Below are positions 63,701-64,000 of a stretch of 64,000 nt of DNA, in pieces; position 1 is the first letter of the stretch; each line of letters starts with the position of its first letter. The position numbers and the translations under genes are program-made. The DNA lies in contig NC_090348.1 in assembly GCF_035084215.1 (NCBI RefSeq), forward strand, positions 17,794,001-17,858,000, read 5' to 3'. Source of the stretch: Heptranchias perlo. Taxonomy: Eukaryota. The notes beneath the pieces were generated by a model that saw only the letters and a list, made by a program, of their open reading frames with translations, was not told the origin of the DNA and did not search any database.

Positions 63701-64000
63701 ACCCCTATAGGACAAAAATACCAATTTCTACTGATTTCATCAAAGTGCTTACTAACAAACCCACTGCTGGGTTGCCATTTGCTGATTTTAAAAATCAAAA
63801 TTTGCCTCCACGGACAAAGTGGTGATTAAATAAAAGGCTGTTTCTCTCCACAGCTGTATAGTAAGGAACAGTACTTCACATTTACTTCTCCCAAACAATA
63901 ATGTTCCACACTATTCAGTACAGTGCTCTATGAGATTCCTCAAAATGTTAATTGGGTCAAGGAATGTAAATCTTTCTCAATTGAACCTCATAGAAAGTTT

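Noticed and set aside
1-64000. CRISPR arrays or prokaryotic operons and defence systems
   Set aside because: No regularly spaced repeat-spacer array; the sequence is intron-rich vertebrate DNA.

Overview
Vertebrate genomic DNA, very probably elasmobranch (shark) judging by its CR1, Deu-domain SINE and Penelope repeats. The window lies inside one plus-strand gene, APAF1 (apoptosome scaffold). Ten consecutive GT-AG exons splice in frame and run from the NB-ARC P-loop through Walker B, GxP, the winged-helix LHD motif and helical domain 2 to the first WD40 repeat; the CARD and remaining WD40 exons lie outside the window. The introns are packed with mobile DNA: CR1 LINEs of many ages (one with an uninterrupted 573-aa RT frame), four copies of a second poly(A)-tailed LINE family, Deu-domain SINEs, L2 relics, a TIR-bounded Harbinger with Myb/SANT and transposase remnants, an older Harbinger fossil, a MITE, a possible P/THAP9-like transposase fossil, a ~6.2-kb LTR element with env-like remnants, and two Penelope termini carrying minimal hammerhead ribozymes. 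Most unusual features: (1) a perfect 81-bp-arm palindrome of two Penelope hammerhead termini nested in the LTR element, (2) covarying hammerheads in the sense orientation of the APAF1 pre-mRNA, (3) an LTR pair with a near-identical core, diverged ends and an inverted flanking segment, (4) a nested LINE chimera forming a ~1.1-kb inverted repeat with coincident breakpoints, and (5) inverted LINEs flanking an in-frame 132-bp exon. All calls were made by eye; repeat boundaries are approximate unless a TIR, TSD or splice site is quoted.
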